A DNA stretch of 64,000 nt from NCBI GenBank assembly GCA_002418965.1, contig DIFD01000022.1:142070-206069 (forward strand), in the 5' to 3' direction. Below the pieces are notes generated by a model that saw only the letters and a list, made by a program, of their open reading frames with translations, had not been told where the DNA came from and searched no databases. The stretch comes from Peptococcaceae bacterium UBA5757. Its GTDB lineage: Bacteria; Bacillota; Dehalobacteriia; UBA4068. This document shows, in pieces, positions 29,828 to 40,457 of this stretch. Each line of letters begins with the position of its first letter. Position 1 is the stretch's first letter. Position numbers and translations under genes: made by a program.

Positions 29828-31228
29828 CTATAATATGAAGCGACTTAAATCCTCGTTTTTGATGATATGGCTCAATCTTTTTTCCACATATTCGCGGTCT
29901 ATTTCGACCGTCCCGCCAACGTTATCGGGAGCCAAATAAAGCAAATCTTCCAAAACTTTTTCTAAAATCGTATGCAAACGTCTGGCGCCGATGTTTTCAG
30001 ACTCACGGTTGACACGGTCGGCGATTTCCGCAATGGCATCGATTCCGTCTTCCATAAACGCAACATCAACCCCGTCGACTTCCAGCATGGCTTTATACTG
30101 TTTGATCAAAGAGTTTTTGGGTTCTAAAAGGATGCGCCGCAGATCCGCACCATCCAGGCTTTCCAAAGTAACACGGATAGGGAAACGTCCCTGCAGTTCC
30201 GGAATCAAGTCGGAAGGTTTGGAAACATGGAATGCGCCGGCTGCGATAAATAACACATAATCGGATTTGACGGGGCCGTATTTGGTCATGACCGTGCTGC
30301 CTTCCACAATCGGCAGGATGTCGCGCTGTACGCCGCCTCGGGAGACGTCGATCCCTTGCGTATCCCCTCCTGCGATCTTATCGATCTCATCCAAAAAGAC
30401 GATGCCGGATTGTTCTGCCCGCTGTACTCCAAGAGAGTTGACTTCTTCCATATCCACAAGCTTTTCTGCTTCTTCCTGTGTAAGGATACGGCGTGCTTCC
30501 GCAACGGTAACCTTCTTCTTTTTGTGTTTTTTAGGCATGAGGCTACCTAACATACCCTGCATGTTGATGCCCATTTCTTCCATACCGGCACCCAGAAATC
30601 CCATATTGCCGGAGGCGCTTTCTTCCACTTCGATTTCAACCATTTCTTTGTCCAAAAGGCCTTTAGAAAGCTGATCCCGTAACCAGACTCTTTTGCGGCG
30701 AATTTCGTCTTCCTTGCTTTTTTTCTTATCTTCCTCCGCCATGTCTAAGGTGTCTTCATCTTCACCGCTATTAAAAAACATATTGAAAGGATTTACGGGC
30801 TTATTGCGGGTGGGCAAAGGCGCAAGCAAATCTAATAAACGCAGTTCTGCACTCATGGATCCGCGTTCCTGCATCTCTTCCATTTTTTCATTGCGAACCA
30901 TGCGGATGGACGTTTCCACCAGGTCGCGCATGATGGACTCTACGTCACGGCCCACATAGCCCACTTCTGTAAATTTGGTCGCTTCTACCTTAATAAAGGG
31001 AGCGTCGACCAGTTTTGCCAGGCGGCGGGCGATCTCCGTTTTCCCCACACCCGTAGGTCCGATCATGATCACATTTTTGGGTAAGATTTCTTCCTGCAAA
31101 TCTAAAGAGAGCTGCTGACGGCGATAGCGATTGCGCAAAACCACGGCCACACATTTTTTGGCGTCATTTTGGCCCACAATGTATTTATCCAGTTCAGCAA
31201 CGATTTCACGAGGCGTTAACTCTTTCAT
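29828..31228 (-). CDS. hslU: ATP-dependent protease ATPase subunit HslU
   Basis: 466 aa AAA+. [18 protein letters not shown] Walker A, I-domain. Confidence 0.95.
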   Translation of the reverse strand: MKELTPREIVAELDKYIVGQNDAKKCVAVVLRNRYRRQQLSLDLQEEILPKNVIMIGPTGVGKTEIARRLAKLVDAPFIKVEATKFTEVGYVGRDVESIMRDLVETSIRMVRNEKMEEMQERGSMSAELRLLDLLAPLPTRNKPVNPFNMFFNSGEDEDTLDMAEEDKKKSKEDEIRRKRVWLRDQLSKGLLDKEMVEIEVEESASGNMGFLGAGMEEMGINMQGMLGSLMPKKHKKKKVTVAEARRILTQEEAEKLVDMEEVNSLGVQRAEQSGIVFLDEIDKIAGGDTQGIDVSRGGVQRDILPIVEGSTVMTKYGPVKSDYVLFIAAGAFHVSKPSDLIPELQGRFPIRVTLESLDGADLRRILLEPKNSLIKQYKAMLEVDGVDVAFMEDGIDAIAEIADRVNRESENIGARRLHTILEKVLEDLLYLAPDNVGGTVEIDREYVEKRLSHIIKNEDLSRFIL

Positions 31229-31239
31229 ATAAACCTCCT

Positions 31240-31779
31240 TTATTCACCAAGCTGTTCAACAGTGACATTATGATTGGTATAAACACAGATATCAGCTGCG
31301 ATATGCAAAGCTTTTTCGGCAATCTCTTTTGCCTCCATATCCGTATTGCTGGCAAGCGCCCGGGCGGCTGCCAGCGCATAGTTGCCGCCGGAACCGATCG
31401 CGGCGATCTGATCGTCCGGTTCGATGACCTCACCGTTGCCGGAAATTACCAGCATCTTTTCCAAAGAAGCCACGATCAACAAAGCCTCCAACTGCCGCAA
31501 AAACTTGTCATTGCGCCATTCTTTGGCCAAGGCGACAGCGGCCCGTTCCAGGTTGCCCCGGTGTTCTTCTAATTTTGCTTCAAATTTGTCAAATAAGGTA
31601 AATGCATCTGCGACCGAACCGGCAAAACCGGTGATGATTTTTCCCCCATGTAAGTAACGTATTTTTCTGGCAGTTTGTTTCATGATGGTTGCATTGCCTA
31701 ACGTCACCTGTCCGTCTCCGGCAATAGCGACCTTATTCCCTTTTTTTACACATATGATGGTCGTTGCATGCAGTTCCAA
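31240..31779 (-). CDS. hslV: ATP-dependent protease subunit HslV
   Basis: 179 aa. N-terminal catalytic Thr after Met ([13 protein letters not shown]), Ntn-hydrolase. Confidence 0.95.
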   Translation of the reverse strand: MELHATTIICVKKGNKVAIAGDGQVTLGNATIMKQTARKIRYLHGGKIITGFAGSVADAFTLFDKFEAKLEEHRGNLERAAVALAKEWRNDKFLRQLEALLIVASLEKMLVISGNGEVIEPDDQIAAIGSGGNYALAAARALASNTDMEAKEIAEKALHIAADICVYTNHNVTVEQLGE

Positions 31780-31853
31780 TTTATTCCCCTCCTTGAATTG
31801 CTTTGACTCTATTTTATTTCTATATGCTAAAGTTTCAGTCTTATGCGCTCATT

Positions 31854-32750
31854 TTATGCCCTCGGATGCGTTTTGTCATAAACCTGTTTCATCCTGTTTT
31901 TGGTGATATGCGTATAGATTTGCGTGGTCGACATGGTTTCATGACCTAAAAACTCCTGTACAGAACGTAGGTCAGCTCCGCCTTCCAACAGATGGGTGGC
32001 AAAGGAATGGCGCAACATGTGCGGGTTGACTTTTTTTGCGGAAGCCAGTTGCTCCACATATTTGTTTATAATATTGCGGAAAGCCCTGTCACTTAACCGT
32101 GTACCCGCTTTGTTCAAAAATACCGCTTCTCCTTTAATAAGAGGAACTTTGACCTTACGTTGTTCCATATAACAATTGAGTGCCTTCAAAGCCGGCTTTC
32201 CCAAAGGTACAATGCGTTCTTTAGAGCCTTTTCCCATGACCCGGACATACCCGACCGACCCATCGACATCGCCTACATTGATGGAGACCAGCTCACTGAC
32301 ACGCAAACCGCCCCCATAGGCAATTTCCAACAAGGCTTTATCCCGTAACCCCAAAAGCGTATCATCCGGGGCTTCCAATAAAGCTTCCACTTCATCATAA
32401 TAAAGAAACTTAGGCAGTTTTTTGTCTTTTTTAGGCGTTGCAATCAAAGCAGCCGGATTGTTCTCCATAATATCTTCTCGACACAAAAACCGAAAAAATG
32501 AACGGATCGCGGACAAATGTCTGCTGATGGAAGATTTTACCAATCCTTGTTGTTGTAAAAAAGACAGATAGCGGCGCAAGATCAGGACATCCACACAAAG
32601 CAAGTCCACATCCTGCGGCTTTCTGTCCTGTTCTTTGGCGGTAAATTCGATAAAAGCCATCAAATTGGAACGGTAAGCCTGAATGGTAAGAGGGGAAGCA
32701 TTTTTTTCCACCTCAAGATAAAATAAAAATTTATTCAACAGCGCTTCCAT
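31854..32750 (-). CDS. xerC: tyrosine recombinase XerC (CodV)
   Basis: 298 aa. R..HxxR..Y catalytic residues (HMLRHSFATHLL...Y). Conserved position upstream of hslVU. Confidence 0.9.
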   Translation of the reverse strand: MEALLNKFLFYLEVEKNASPLTIQAYRSNLMAFIEFTAKEQDRKPQDVDLLCVDVLILRRYLSFLQQQGLVKSSISRHLSAIRSFFRFLCREDIMENNPAALIATPKKDKKLPKFLYYDEVEALLEAPDDTLLGLRDKALLEIAYGGGLRVSELVSINVGDVDGSVGYVRVMGKGSKERIVPLGKPALKALNCYMEQRKVKVPLIKGEAVFLNKAGTRLSDRAFRNIINKYVEQLASAKKVNPHMLRHSFATHLLEGGADLRSVQEFLGHETMSTTQIYTHITKNRMKQVYDKTHPRA

Positions 32751-34086
32751 TTAACCACTCCTTTAAGCCTTCTAAAGCTCGACGGGCTAATTGGGCGTTC
32801 TTTTCTTTCTTATTTTTGATCCGTTCTTGTAACGGGGGCATGATGCCGAAGGTGATGTTCATGGGCTGAAATTTGGCATTGGGTGTGGTAATGTAACGGA
32901 TCAAACTACCCAGGGCTGTGTTTTGCGGGAACGAGGCAATCGATTTTTGTTGCAATTGGGCAGCTGCGTAAATGGCGGCGGCCAAGCCGCAAGCGGCAGA
33001 TTCCACATAGCCCTCCACACCTGTAATCTGCCCGGCAAAAAAGATGCGCGGAGCTGTCTTAAGACTTAAATTTGAATTCAATAGCTTAGGAGAATCCAGA
33101 TACGTATTGCGGTGCATTTGCCCGAAGCGTAAAAATTCGGCGTGCTCCAATCCCGGAATCAGGCGAAAAACCCGTTCCTGCTCACCCTGACGCAAGCGGG
33201 TCTGGAAACCGACCAGGTTATACATGGTAGCGGCCGCATCATCCTGACGCAACTGCACTACGGCATAAGGTTCGGTACCGTCCGGACAGGTCAAGCCAAC
33301 CGGCTTTAGGGGGCCGTAGCGCATGGTATCCACGCCGCGTTCAGCCATGGTCTCGATAGGCATACAACCTTCGAAGGTCTTAGGAGTTTCAAAATTCTTT
33401 AATGGATAGCGTTCGGCATCCACAATTGCCCGATAAAAATCAAGATACTGCTCCCGGTCCATGGGACAGTTGATATAATCGCCTTCCCGCTCGGAAGGTT
33501 CTCCTTTATCATAACGAGAAGCAAAAAAAGCTTTACTAAAATCGATGCTGTCCGAGGAAACGACAGGTGCGATGGCGTCATGAAAAAACAGGTGCGTTTG
33601 CCCGGTTAAATAGACAATCTCCTGACTTAAAGCATCCGACACTAAAGGTCCGGCTGCAACAATAACAGTCCCTTCCGGGATTTGCGTCACCTCTTCGCGC
33701 ATGATTTCGATTTTGGGATGTTGACTGAGAACCTGTTCGATGGTTTGAGAAAACAAAGTGCGGTCGACGGCCAAAGCCGCTCCCGCCGGAACTTTCGTAG
33801 CATCGGCTGCCCGCATGATCAAAGAATCCAGGCAGCGCATTTCTTCTTTTACAAGCCCGACTGCGTTTTCCACCGAGGCGGCACGCAAGGAATTGCTGCA
33901 CACCAGTTCTGCAAAACCGCCCGTCTTATGCGCAGGAGTCATTTGATGGGGACGCATCTCATACAAACGGACAAAGACTCCACGCTCGGCCAGTTGCCAG
34001 GCAGCCTCGCAGCCTGCCAAACCAGCGCCGATCACGGTAATGGATTGTTGTTCGGATTGGGGTTGACGACTCGTCATAGCATTCAT
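32731..34086 (-). CDS. trmFO: methylenetetrahydrofolate--tRNA-(uracil-5-)-methyltransferase TrmFO (Gid)
   Basis: 451 aa. FAD-binding VIGAGLAGCEAAWQLA, TrmFO family. Confidence 0.9.
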   Translation of the reverse strand: MNAMTSRQPQSEQQSITVIGAGLAGCEAAWQLAERGVFVRLYEMRPHQMTPAHKTGGFAELVCSNSLRAASVENAVGLVKEEMRCLDSLIMRAADATKVPAGAALAVDRTLFSQTIEQVLSQHPKIEIMREEVTQIPEGTVIVAAGPLVSDALSQEIVYLTGQTHLFFHDAIAPVVSSDSIDFSKAFFASRYDKGEPSEREGDYINCPMDREQYLDFYRAIVDAERYPLKNFETPKTFEGCMPIETMAERGVDTMRYGPLKPVGLTCPDGTEPYAVVQLRQDDAAATMYNLVGFQTRLRQGEQERVFRLIPGLEHAEFLRFGQMHRNTYLDSPKLLNSNLSLKTAPRIFFAGQITGVEGYVESAACGLAAAIYAAAQLQQKSIASFPQNTALGSLIRYITTPNAKFQPMNITFGIMPPLQERIKNKKEKNAQLARRALEGLKEWLNGSAVE

Positions 34087-36393
34087 CTATTCTTTTTTTG
34101 TCTTGGTTGTTTTCTTTGTGGTGGATTTGGCGGTAGATTTGGCTCCCGTCTTCTTTTTGGCTGCCGACTTAGCTGCTTTTTTTGACACCTGAACTTTTGC
34201 GGTTTTGGTTTGGGTTTTCTTTTCTCTTTGCGGTTTGGCAGGACAAGTCTGATTGGGGCAGATTAAGATCGATCCCCCGTTTTTGAGTTCTTTTTTGCTC
34301 ATTTGCGTATTGCAATGCGGGCATACTTCACTGACCGGCAGGTCCCAAGACATATACCGACATTCGGGATAATGGTCACAACCGAAAAAGATGCGGCCCG
34401 TTTTGGTTTTGCACTGAATGATATTACCGCCGCAGGCCATACATTTAATATTGGTCGCTTTGACAATGGGCTTGGTATTGCGGCATTTGGGGAAGCCGCT
34501 GCAAGCTAAAAATTTACCGAATTTCCCCATGCGGTATACCATGGGACTACCGCAAAGCTCGCAGATTTCTCCGCTTTCTTCCGGTTTGATAATGATTTTG
34601 TCCATATCTCCTTCGGCATAGCTTAAGGTTTGGGCAAATGGGCCGTAAAAGTCACGCAACAGGTCGCGCCAATTCACGTTGCCTTCTTCCACCATATCGA
34701 GTTTTTTCTCCATATCGGCCGTGAACTCCACGTCCATGATATCGGTAAAATATTTTTTCATCAGATCGACAACAATTGTACCCAGTTCCGTGGGGACAAA
34801 TTTCTTTTCCTCCCGTACGACATAGCCTCGAGCCAGGATCGTTTCAATGATCGGGGCATAGGTGCTAGGGCGTCCGATCCCCAATTCTTCCAAGACTTTG
34901 ACCAGCATCGCTTCTGTATAGCGGGAGGGCGGCTGGGTAAAGAACTGCTTGGGATCCAGCTTTAGCAGTTTTAATTTTTGGTTCGCCGCAACCGATGGCA
35001 AAATGCCCTGGTCTTCTTCTTCTTTTTCATCTTTGCCTTCCATATAAACTTGCATGAATCCAGCAAAACGGATCTGACTGCCCGTCGTCTGAAAGAGATA
35101 ATAATCAGCGGTAACATCCACCGTCGTAACATCAACAGTGGCCATACTCATCTGGCTTGCTACAAAGCGGTCCCAAATGAGTTTGTAGACTTTAAACTGC
35201 TGCGGCGTAAGATACTGTTTAACCAAAGCCGGCGTCTTTTCCACCGAAGTGGGACGGATCGCTTCATGTGCATCCTGAATCCGGCCTTTGGAGGCATAGA
35301 CATTGGGCTTTTCCGGAATGTATTCTTTACCGTATTTCTGCACGATGTATGCTCGCGCCATGTTTTGCGCTTCGGAGGAAACCCGCACAGCGTCGGTACG
35401 CATATAGGTAATAAGACCCGTAACCGTACCGCCGATAGCGATGCCTTCATAAAGCTGCTGCGCTGTCTGCATAGTTTTTTTGGTTACCATACTTAGACGG
35501 CGGGAAGCCTCTTGTTGCATGCTGCTTGTGGTAAACGGTGGTGCAGGATGACGTTTTTGCTCCCGTTTGCGGATATCGCTAACGACATAGTTCTTACCTT
35601 TAAGATCGGAAAGCACGGCATCCATTTCTTCCTGATTATGGATATCCGCCTTTTTGTTTTTTATTTTTGCTAACTTCGCTATAATATTGCCCTTGCCGGT
35701 ATCCAGATCAGCCTGCAAGTTCCAATATTCCTCTTCAACAAAGTTCTTAATCTCTTCTTCCCGGTCGCAAATCAAACGTACGGTGACGGATTGAACCCGG
35801 CCTGCGGACAAGCCTTTTTTGACTTTCTTCCATAGTAATGGGCTGATTTTATACCCAACCAACCTGTCTAAGATTCTTCTGGCCTGTTGAGACTCAACAC
35901 GGTTCATATCGATGGGGTGCGGATTTAAGACAGCGCTTTTTACGGCCTTATCGGTGATTTCATTAAATTCAATGCGGCAGTTTTCTTCATCAACGCCTAA
36001 ATATTGCTGCAGATGCCAGGCGATGGATTCCCCTTCTCGGTCAGGGTCGCTGGCTATAAGGACATGAGCCGATTTCTGCGCTTCCGTTCTTAAAGTTTTG
36101 ATCACGTCCCCCTTACCGCGGATGGTAATATAACGGGGCGTAAAATTATCTTCAGGGTCCACGCCAATCTCGCTCTTTGGCAAATCCCGGATATGGCCGA
36201 AAGAAGATTTCACAATATAGTTTTTACCTAAAAACTTTTCGATCGTTTTGGCTTTGGTCGGGGATTCCACAATCACCAATGTTTGGTTGGTCTTAACTCC
36301 CTTAAGGCTTTGAACGGATTTTTTTGTAACCGTAGTTGTCGTAGATTTGACCGCTTTTGCTTTCTTACTTGGAACAGCTGCAGAAGTATTCAA
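34087..36393 (-). CDS. topA: DNA topoisomerase I with C-terminal zinc ribbons and Lys-rich tail
   Basis: 768 aa. Toprim and Topo IA core, multiple C4 zinc-ribbon motifs, KKxxK tail. Confidence 0.95.
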   Translation of the reverse strand: MNTSAAVPSKKAKAVKSTTTTVTKKSVQSLKGVKTNQTLVIVESPTKAKTIEKFLGKNYIVKSSFGHIRDLPKSEIGVDPEDNFTPRYITIRGKGDVIKTLRTEAQKSAHVLIASDPDREGESIAWHLQQYLGVDEENCRIEFNEITDKAVKSAVLNPHPIDMNRVESQQARRILDRLVGYKISPLLWKKVKKGLSAGRVQSVTVRLICDREEEIKNFVEEEYWNLQADLDTGKGNIIAKLAKIKNKKADIHNQEEMDAVLSDLKGKNYVVSDIRKREQKRHPAPPFTTSSMQQEASRRLSMVTKKTMQTAQQLYEGIAIGGTVTGLITYMRTDAVRVSSEAQNMARAYIVQKYGKEYIPEKPNVYASKGRIQDAHEAIRPTSVEKTPALVKQYLTPQQFKVYKLIWDRFVASQMSMATVDVTTVDVTADYYLFQTTGSQIRFAGFMQVYMEGKDEKEEEDQGILPSVAANQKLKLLKLDPKQFFTQPPSRYTEAMLVKVLEELGIGRPSTYAPIIETILARGYVVREEKKFVPTELGTIVVDLMKKYFTDIMDVEFTADMEKKLDMVEEGNVNWRDLLRDFYGPFAQTLSYAEGDMDKIIIKPEESGEICELCGSPMVYRMGKFGKFLACSGFPKCRNTKPIVKATNIKCMACGGNIIQCKTKTGRIFFGCDHYPECRYMSWDLPVSEVCPHCNTQMSKKELKNGGSILICPNQTCPAKPQREKKTQTKTAKVQVSKKAAKSAAKKKTGAKSTAKSTTKKTTKTKKE

Positions 36394-36429
36394 ATGCTTC
36401 CCTCCAAATTTGTTAAATGTCTTTTATTT

Positions 36430-37527
36430 TTAAATATCTTTCGTAATTCGATGGTAGTACTTTCCCGGTAATTGGCTGATAATACCACGGATTTCCCAAA
36501 TTGTCAACAGGGACGCCAGTTTTTGTGGGGTGAGATTGACTTGCCGTAGCAGGTCGTCGAAATGAACCGGTAGGGTCATTAGATCTAAAATTTCTTTTTC
36601 CTGACCGGTGAATCTTTCTTTATCTTTCGCTGATTTTTTTGGCAGCATAGCGCCATAAGGCAAGTATTCTTCGTAAATATCTTTGGATGACAGTACGATT
36701 TTTATGCCCATGCGGATCAAATTATTGGTGCCCCTGCTCATGGGGCTTGTGATCGGCCCGGGCACGGTAAAAATATCCCGGTTTTGTTCCAAGGCATGGT
36801 CGACGGTTAAAAGCGTCCCGCTTTTGGCACCGGCTTCGATCACAACCACACCGCGCGACAAACCGCTGATAATGCGGTTACGCATAGGGAAATGCTGCGG
36901 CAGCGCCGGAGATCCCACCGGCAATTCGCTGACCACAGCTCCGTTTAAGATGATTTGTTGATACAAAGCGGCATTTTCCCGTGGATAAGGGATGTCAATG
37001 CCTGTCCCCAAAACGGCGACGGTTTTTCCGCCGGCTTTGAGAGCGCCCTCATGGCAGATAGAATCGATGCCCCTGGCCATGCCCCCGATTACCCAGATTC
37101 CCATTTTTGCTAGGTCGCGCGAGAGAATTTCTCCCACCTGTTTTCCATAAGACGTCGAAGAACGGGAACCGATCATTGCCACGCAAATGTCATCGTCCTG
37201 CGGTAGAGTCCCTTTGTAAAACAAAAGCGGCGGCGGGTCTAAGATATCCTTCAGGGCAGAGGGATATGCTTCGTCTTCCAACGTCACAACACAGGCTCCC
37301 GATTGCAAAAAGCAGTCGTACACCTTTTGCGGTTCGACTTCCAGCTTAGAGCGTTGCAATGATTGGCAAACATCGGCGCTGATTTCGGGGATATGGCCCC
37401 AAGCATTTGATTCCTGCCAGGCGGCAGCCGCATCATTCTCAAAATAGGTTAAAATCTGCCGTAACCTAACCGGCCCCATGCCCGGGACGCTATGTAAAGC
37501 CAAAAGATCAGCTAAGGAATTGGTCAT
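36430..37527 (-). CDS. dprA: DNA processing protein DprA (Smf)
   Basis: 365 aa. Rossmann-like DprA core (GSRSSTSYG..., GMARGIDS...). Confidence 0.9.
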   Translation of the reverse strand: MTNSLADLLALHSVPGMGPVRLRQILTYFENDAAAAWQESNAWGHIPEISADVCQSLQRSKLEVEPQKVYDCFLQSGACVVTLEDEAYPSALKDILDPPPLLFYKGTLPQDDDICVAMIGSRSSTSYGKQVGEILSRDLAKMGIWVIGGMARGIDSICHEGALKAGGKTVAVLGTGIDIPYPRENAALYQQIILNGAVVSELPVGSPALPQHFPMRNRIISGLSRGVVVIEAGAKSGTLLTVDHALEQNRDIFTVPGPITSPMSRGTNNLIRMGIKIVLSSKDIYEEYLPYGAMLPKKSAKDKERFTGQEKEILDLMTLPVHFDDLLRQVNLTPQKLASLLTIWEIRGIISQLPGKYYHRITKDI

Positions 37528-37588
37528 TCATACTTTCCCGCCTTCCCTAATGATTTTAAAAATTTATTCGCAAGTTCTGTTTTTTCAC

Positions 37589-38788
37589 TTAAGACTTGCC
37601 GCCTTTGCCACCTTTGAAGCCCCCTTGGGCAAGAATGTTAGAGGCATAGGTAAAGACCATCTTTTCTTTACGGCGGCTGCGTTTTAATGCCAAATCGATC
37701 AAATCATCCAGCAAAGCAGTAAAACTTTTGCCTTTGGGTTCCCAAAGATAAAAGGATAAAGACCCCGGGATGGTATTGATCTCATTGACATAGATTTCTT
37801 TGGTCTCCTCATTCATCAAAAAGTCAATGCGGCAGACACCGTAGCCATCCGTAGCAACAAACGTCCTTCGGGATAGCTCTTCTATTTTTATCGTCAATTG
37901 GTCTGGGATATCGGCCGGCAAACGCCTTTTAGCGCCGCTCATGCCTGATGCGGATTTGGAACCCGCACTGATATACTTATCGCGGAAAGAAAGGATTTCG
38001 TCCGTAGAAAAAGGTTCTTCGCACAAAGATACTTCCATCTTTTCCGGACTGCCTAAAACGGCGCAGTTGATTTCCCGCAAAGGAGTAATCAGCTGCTCCA
38101 CGAGGATACGGTTGGCAAAGCTACCGGCCAGGTCAATGGCGTCTTCCAACTGGCTTTTATCTTGAACTTTAGTAATGCCGATGGAAGAGCCCAAATTAGC
38201 CGGTTTAACGATCATCGGATAAGGGATTTTACGCGCTATCATATCCACCACAGCCTGCGGATCATCCTGCCATTGCCAATAATAAAACCAATGATACTCC
38301 GGCACAGGGATGCCTGCTTCTTTTAAAACGGCCTTCATGGTGATCTTATCCATACCGATGGCGCCGCCTAAAACGCCGGGCCCCGCATACGGAACTCCGG
38401 AAAGCTCCAATAAACCCTGCAGGCAACCATCCTCGCCATGCGTACCGTGAATTACAGGTAAAACAACATCGATTGCAGCCTCAAACGGTTTTTTAAATAA
38501 ACCGCCGCTCATGGCCCCCGTAACAAGGTAAGCACCCCGATTGGGGTGAAAGATGACCTTTTGACATTTAGCCAACAAGCTATTCACATCACGGTATGCG
38601 GAAAGATCCAGTAAAGCTTCTCCCGTATACCAAACGCCTTCCTTTGTAATATACAAAGGAACCGGCTCATATTTTGCCGCATTGAGATTTTTTACGGCCT
38701 GCAATGCCGAGATAATGGATACTTCATGTTCGACGCTACGTCCGCCGTAAACAACCGCAACTCTAATTTTATTCATATTTGCCTCCAA
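37589..38788 (-). CDS. ddl: D-alanine--D-alanine ligase (long form with Gly/Lys-rich C-tail)
   Basis: 399 aa. ATP-grasp; N-terminal KIRVAVVYGGRSVEHEVS. Confidence 0.85.
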   Translation of the reverse strand: MEANMNKIRVAVVYGGRSVEHEVSIISALQAVKNLNAAKYEPVPLYITKEGVWYTGEALLDLSAYRDVNSLLAKCQKVIFHPNRGAYLVTGAMSGGLFKKPFEAAIDVVLPVIHGTHGEDGCLQGLLELSGVPYAGPGVLGGAIGMDKITMKAVLKEAGIPVPEYHWFYYWQWQDDPQAVVDMIARKIPYPMIVKPANLGSSIGITKVQDKSQLEDAIDLAGSFANRILVEQLITPLREINCAVLGSPEKMEVSLCEEPFSTDEILSFRDKYISAGSKSASGMSGAKRRLPADIPDQLTIKIEELSRRTFVATDGYGVCRIDFLMNEETKEIYVNEINTIPGSLSFYLWEPKGKSFTALLDDLIDLALKRSRRKEKMVFTYASNILAQGGFKGGKGGKS

Positions 38789-38870
38789 AGAGTTTTCTTA
38801 ATTATAAAGTAATTTTTTGTCCCGTGTAATAACCGTTTGAATAAAAGATTATTATCTGCCTCTGCTTGCC

Positions 38871-40451
38871 CTATGATTCATTATACGTATCCGGCAGATC
38901 ATTTTCAAACAAAACAACGTCTCCTGCAGATACAATTTCCGCCAATTTAGTGCGGGCATCGTTTAAATCAGCCGCTACATACATCTTTTCGACCGGATAA
39001 ACCGCTTCTTTTAAGCCATCCTGCAATGGTTGGGTCTGTTTTTTACCCACCAGAATAATAAAATCGCAAACTTGAGCGCAGCTTTTACCAAATTGTTTGT
39101 TTAATTCGTATTCACGAGCGCCCAGTTCTACCATCCCGGGTGTAATCATGATTTTTTTACCGCTTGTAAAACTCTGTAACACTTCCAAGGCCATCTGGGA
39201 ACCTTGTGGGTTGGAATTAAAAGCATCGTCGATGATGGTGTAAGCGGGATTGGGCAGAATCTGCAACCGGTGTTCCACTGGTGGCAGGGTTTTTACGGCA
39301 CGCACCGCGGTAAGAAGCGGTACGCCAAGGGAATGGGCCGCCGCAACCGCGGCCAGTATATTCGATACATTATGCCTACCCAAAAGCATGCTGGCAAACT
39401 CTATGCTTTCTCCTTCGGGTGCATGCAACGTAAAAGCAAGGCCTTTGACCGAATAAGAAATATGGTCGGCATAATAATCCCACCCCGGATTGAATCCATA
39501 AGTAACTACGCGGCAGGGACTTTTATCAAGATTGGCTGCAATATTCTCGTCATCCATATTTAATACGGCAATACCATCCGAAGGCAAAGCCATAATCAGT
39601 TCAAACTTAGTTGCTATAATATTCTCTAAGCTGCCGAATGTTTCCAAATGCTGCTCTCCGATAGAGGTCAAGATACCCACCTTGGGTGCAGCTAACTTGC
39701 AAAGCTCCTCAATATCGCCTTTTTGTTTGGCTCCCATTTCCAAAACCAGCATTTGATGCGTCGGACGCAGCATCTCACGAATCACGCGCGTAATGCCCAT
39801 GGGTGTATTGTAACTTTGCGGTGTCGTAAGCGTCATATATTCTTCCGATAAGATAGCTCCCAGAATCATCTTACAGCTTGTTTTACCGTAGCTGCCCGTG
39901 ATGGCTACAATATTTAGCTCAGGCATCGATTGAATCATACGCTGCGCGTCTTCATAATAGCCACGGTTAATTTTTTTCTCGATTGGTCTTAATACCGTAT
40001 TAGCCAGTAAAATAAAGTATTCGGAAAACTGCACGCCGATGATCAAGAGAATAACCGGGATTGGTGTAAAAACCCCGAACACAAAGCAAATAACGGCTAT
40101 TGCCGTATCAATCGCAATAAAAATCCAGGAAACAAGAAAAAGCCGCTTTGCCCTTTTTGTCATCACAAGCGGTTTTTTTACTTCGTAACCGGCCGTCAAA
40201 CTCAAGTACAACAAAAACCCCGCCAAAACACTCAAAGAAATATAAAAATCAAATAATGCCAAAATGACCGGCACCCAGATCAAATATTCCTCCAAAGACA
40301 TCCTGCCATGCGATTGTTTAAGCCAGTGCAGGTAACGGGAATTGCGGTAAGAATTCAACTGCAACATATGCAGATTTTTGCGTGTTTTCCTCAACATGCA
40401 GATCAAAAAGAGCACGATCGCAATCATCCAAAAGAAGAACAAATTTGTCAT
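38871..40451 (-). CDS. murF: MurF-like Mur ligase (UDP-MurNAc-tripeptide--D-Ala-D-Ala ligase family) with N-terminal multi-TM domain
   Basis: 526 aa. Residues ~1-170 form 4-5 TM helices. The remainder carries Mur-ligase ATP site ITGSYGKTS, GRHNVSNILAA, DDAFNSNP, and an HRLQ motif. Downstream of ddl as in Bacillus. Confidence 0.75.
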   Translation of the reverse strand: MTNLFFFWMIAIVLFLICMLRKTRKNLHMLQLNSYRNSRYLHWLKQSHGRMSLEEYLIWVPVILALFDFYISLSVLAGFLLYLSLTAGYEVKKPLVMTKRAKRLFLVSWIFIAIDTAIAVICFVFGVFTPIPVILLIIGVQFSEYFILLANTVLRPIEKKINRGYYEDAQRMIQSMPELNIVAITGSYGKTSCKMILGAILSEEYMTLTTPQSYNTPMGITRVIREMLRPTHQMLVLEMGAKQKGDIEELCKLAAPKVGILTSIGEQHLETFGSLENIIATKFELIMALPSDGIAVLNMDDENIAANLDKSPCRVVTYGFNPGWDYYADHISYSVKGLAFTLHAPEGESIEFASMLLGRHNVSNILAAVAAAHSLGVPLLTAVRAVKTLPPVEHRLQILPNPAYTIIDDAFNSNPQGSQMALEVLQSFTSGKKIMITPGMVELGAREYELNKQFGKSCAQVCDFIILVGKKQTQPLQDGLKEAVYPVEKMYVAADLNDARTKLAEIVSAGDVVLFENDLPDTYNES

Positions 40452-40457
40452 CCCCTT

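Noticed and set aside
33682-34185. 167-aa plus-strand ORF and 107-aa minus ORF inside trmFO
   Set aside because: Overlap the conserved TrmFO frame. Arg/Gly/Cys-rich junk translation.
34978-35496. 172-aa and other plus-strand ORFs inside topA (34303-36471)
   Set aside because: All are antisense to the highly conserved topA reading frame. Shadow ORFs.
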